From a virus (taxonomy: Duplodnaviria > Caudoviricetes): a DNA stretch of 64,000 bases. The notes under the pieces were generated by a model. The model ran no database searches. It was not told where the DNA came from and worked only from the letters and a program-made list of their open reading frames with translations. The stretch is taken from positions 18,853-82,852 of IMG/VR virus record IMGVR_UViG_3300021254_001514; one strand, 5' to 3'. Below, one piece after another: positions 62,987-64,000 of this stretch. Each line of letters starts with the position of its first letter. The first letter of the stretch is position 1. Made by a program: the position numbers and the translations under genes.

Positions 62987-63320
62987 TCACGTTCTACGAC
63001 TTCCATTATAGTCGAAATTCTGCGCTGGTGGTATTGTTGTGTATCTCCTCATAGGGAGTCCAGTAACTTCTGGAACTGACATCTCGGTTCTGGTTTGCAA
63101 CCCATCGCCGTTTTCCTTGGCATTTGTTCACTTTCTATAATTATTATAGTTAATTTTTTCAAAAGAATCAAATTTTAACAACTTCATATCTCGTTCCACG
63201 ACTCCCGTTATAGTCGGAATTCTGCGCGCGAATGGTACTGTTGTATCGTCTTTGGAGACGACCTGGGCCGCCAGGCGGATATTCTCTGCGGGGTTGGGAT
63301 CCGTCTCTTCCGCAGTTTGT
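62987..63320 (-). ncRNA. Two copies of an unknown structured RNA motif
   Basis: 62987-63025 vs 63189-63227: 34/39 identical with a compensatory pair. Confidence 0.6.
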
Positions 63321-63334
63321 ATTGTTGATTTAAT

Positions 63335-63403
63335 TGAAAACGTCAGATTCGAACTGCGCCTCTACATCCCAAGTGTAGCGTGCTACCATTACACCACGTT
63401 CTC
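63335..63403 (-). tRNA. tRNA-Pro(TGG)
   Basis: CTACA-CTTGGGA-TGTAG; imperfect T-stem. Confidence 0.8.
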
Positions 63404-63511
63404 AAAAATAATGCCTTTCGCAACTAAGATTTTCGAGACGCATCTCTACTCATCACACGTCCGTGAACGCTGTCTTTCACCGTACTATCCGAAGAATAAC
63501 GGAGGGCTTCG

Positions 63512-63583
63512 TAACCTTGATGGGATTTGAACCCATGACTTCGCCGTGAAAGGGCGACGGCTTAACCACTTGCCGACAAGGCC
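63512..63583 (-). tRNA. tRNA-Glu(TTC)
   Basis: TCGCC-CTTTCAC-GGCGA. Confidence 0.92.
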
Positions 63584-63702
63584 ATATTTATAAGGTATGA
63601 ATTAGATATGGCAATAAAATTTATGAATATATTTTTATTGCCATATCTTTTTCTCTCACCTTTCTAATATATAATATCATATTTTTTAATAAAAGTCAAA
63701 TT

Positions 63703-63993
63703 TTATTTCTCTATATCTTCTAAAGTTGGCTCACTGATTTCTTCCCCAACATAAACCTCTACCTTTTCATAAGGATCTCTTATATTAAGGATAAAGTTTA
63801 GATTATCAATAGCAAAATTTATTTTTTCAATAGACTCAGAAACATTCTGGATCTCTATTCTATAGTCATTAATATTATCAATCTTTTCTGAAAGAGAAAC
63901 ATTCTCTATTTTGTAAATATCACTAATAATTTTTTCTGTCTCTTCTATATAAGAGAGATAGTCTTTCTTTTTTCTTTTAAGTTCATCAATCAC
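63703..63993 (-). CDS. Hypothetical coiled-coil protein (may start beyond the window)
   Basis: ORF at the window edge. Confidence 0.55.
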   Translation of the reverse strand: MIDELKRKKKDYLSYIEETEKIISDIYKIENVSLSEKIDNINDYRIEIQNVSESIEKINFAIDNLNFILNIRDPYEKVEVYVGEEISEPTLEDIEK

Positions 63994-64000
63994 TTCTTTA

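Noticed and set aside
63255-63320. HDV-like theta ribozyme after tRNA-Pro
   Set aside because: A pseudoknot is present, but I could not place G1, P1.1 or the catalytic C in J4/2. Kept only as part of the duplicated motif finding.
63420-63470. Hammerhead-like UGAUGA..GAGA/UCUC..GAAA
   Set aside because: C3 is missing, there is a 3-nt insertion before stem II, and there is no stem III.
58267-63530. ORFs overlapping tRNAs and ncRNA candidates (58267-58551, 58424-58633, 58428-58757, 58590-58805, 58906-59094, 62409-62639, 63252-63530)
   Set aside because: They overlap tRNAs or structured RNA, lack an RBS, mostly use non-ATG starts, and have atypical composition.
1-64000. Stop-codon reassignment or suppressor tRNA
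   Set aside because: Genes are full-length in code 11, all three stop codons are used, and no canonical tRNA with a CTA, TTA or TCA anticodon was found.

Overview
This window is 64 kb of a large, AT-rich tailed dsDNA phage genome (standard code 11). Sigma-A type promoters, Clostridia-like genes and an SPbeta-like siphovirus gene order point to a Firmicutes host (inference). No integrase or attachment site is visible. It has five modules. (1) 1-4.7 kb, + strand: nucleotide metabolism (NrdD C-terminus, NrdG, FTR-like Fe-S protein, ThyX-like, dUTPase, GT2, RuvC-like). (2) 4.75-35.3 kb, - strand: complete morphogenesis operon from terminase through portal, capsid, tail tube, tape measure, Dit and tail proteins. 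(3) 35.5-45.9 kb, + strand: early/accessory region of about 25 separately promoted small cassettes, separated by repeated intergenic modules (CCCGGG core, GTTA-N8-TAAC palindromes, antisense promoters), followed by origin-like repeat zones at 46-48 kb. (4) 46.4-57.7 kb, - strand: accessory genes including an RNA ligase, a His-less HPr, a 3D-domain protein and a shuffled array of short paralogous ORFs sharing DNA junctions. (5) 57.7-63.6 kb, - strand: 17 canonical tRNAs interleaved with many ORF-free structured segments (two of about 600 nt, three tRNA scaffolds with expanded anticodon domains, a duplicated motif, a doubly pseudoknotted element). The ncRNA island, the cassette array and the ORF-shuffling array are the best candidates for undescribed systems. 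All protein calls come from motif recognition and synteny, and all RNA folds were derived by eye.
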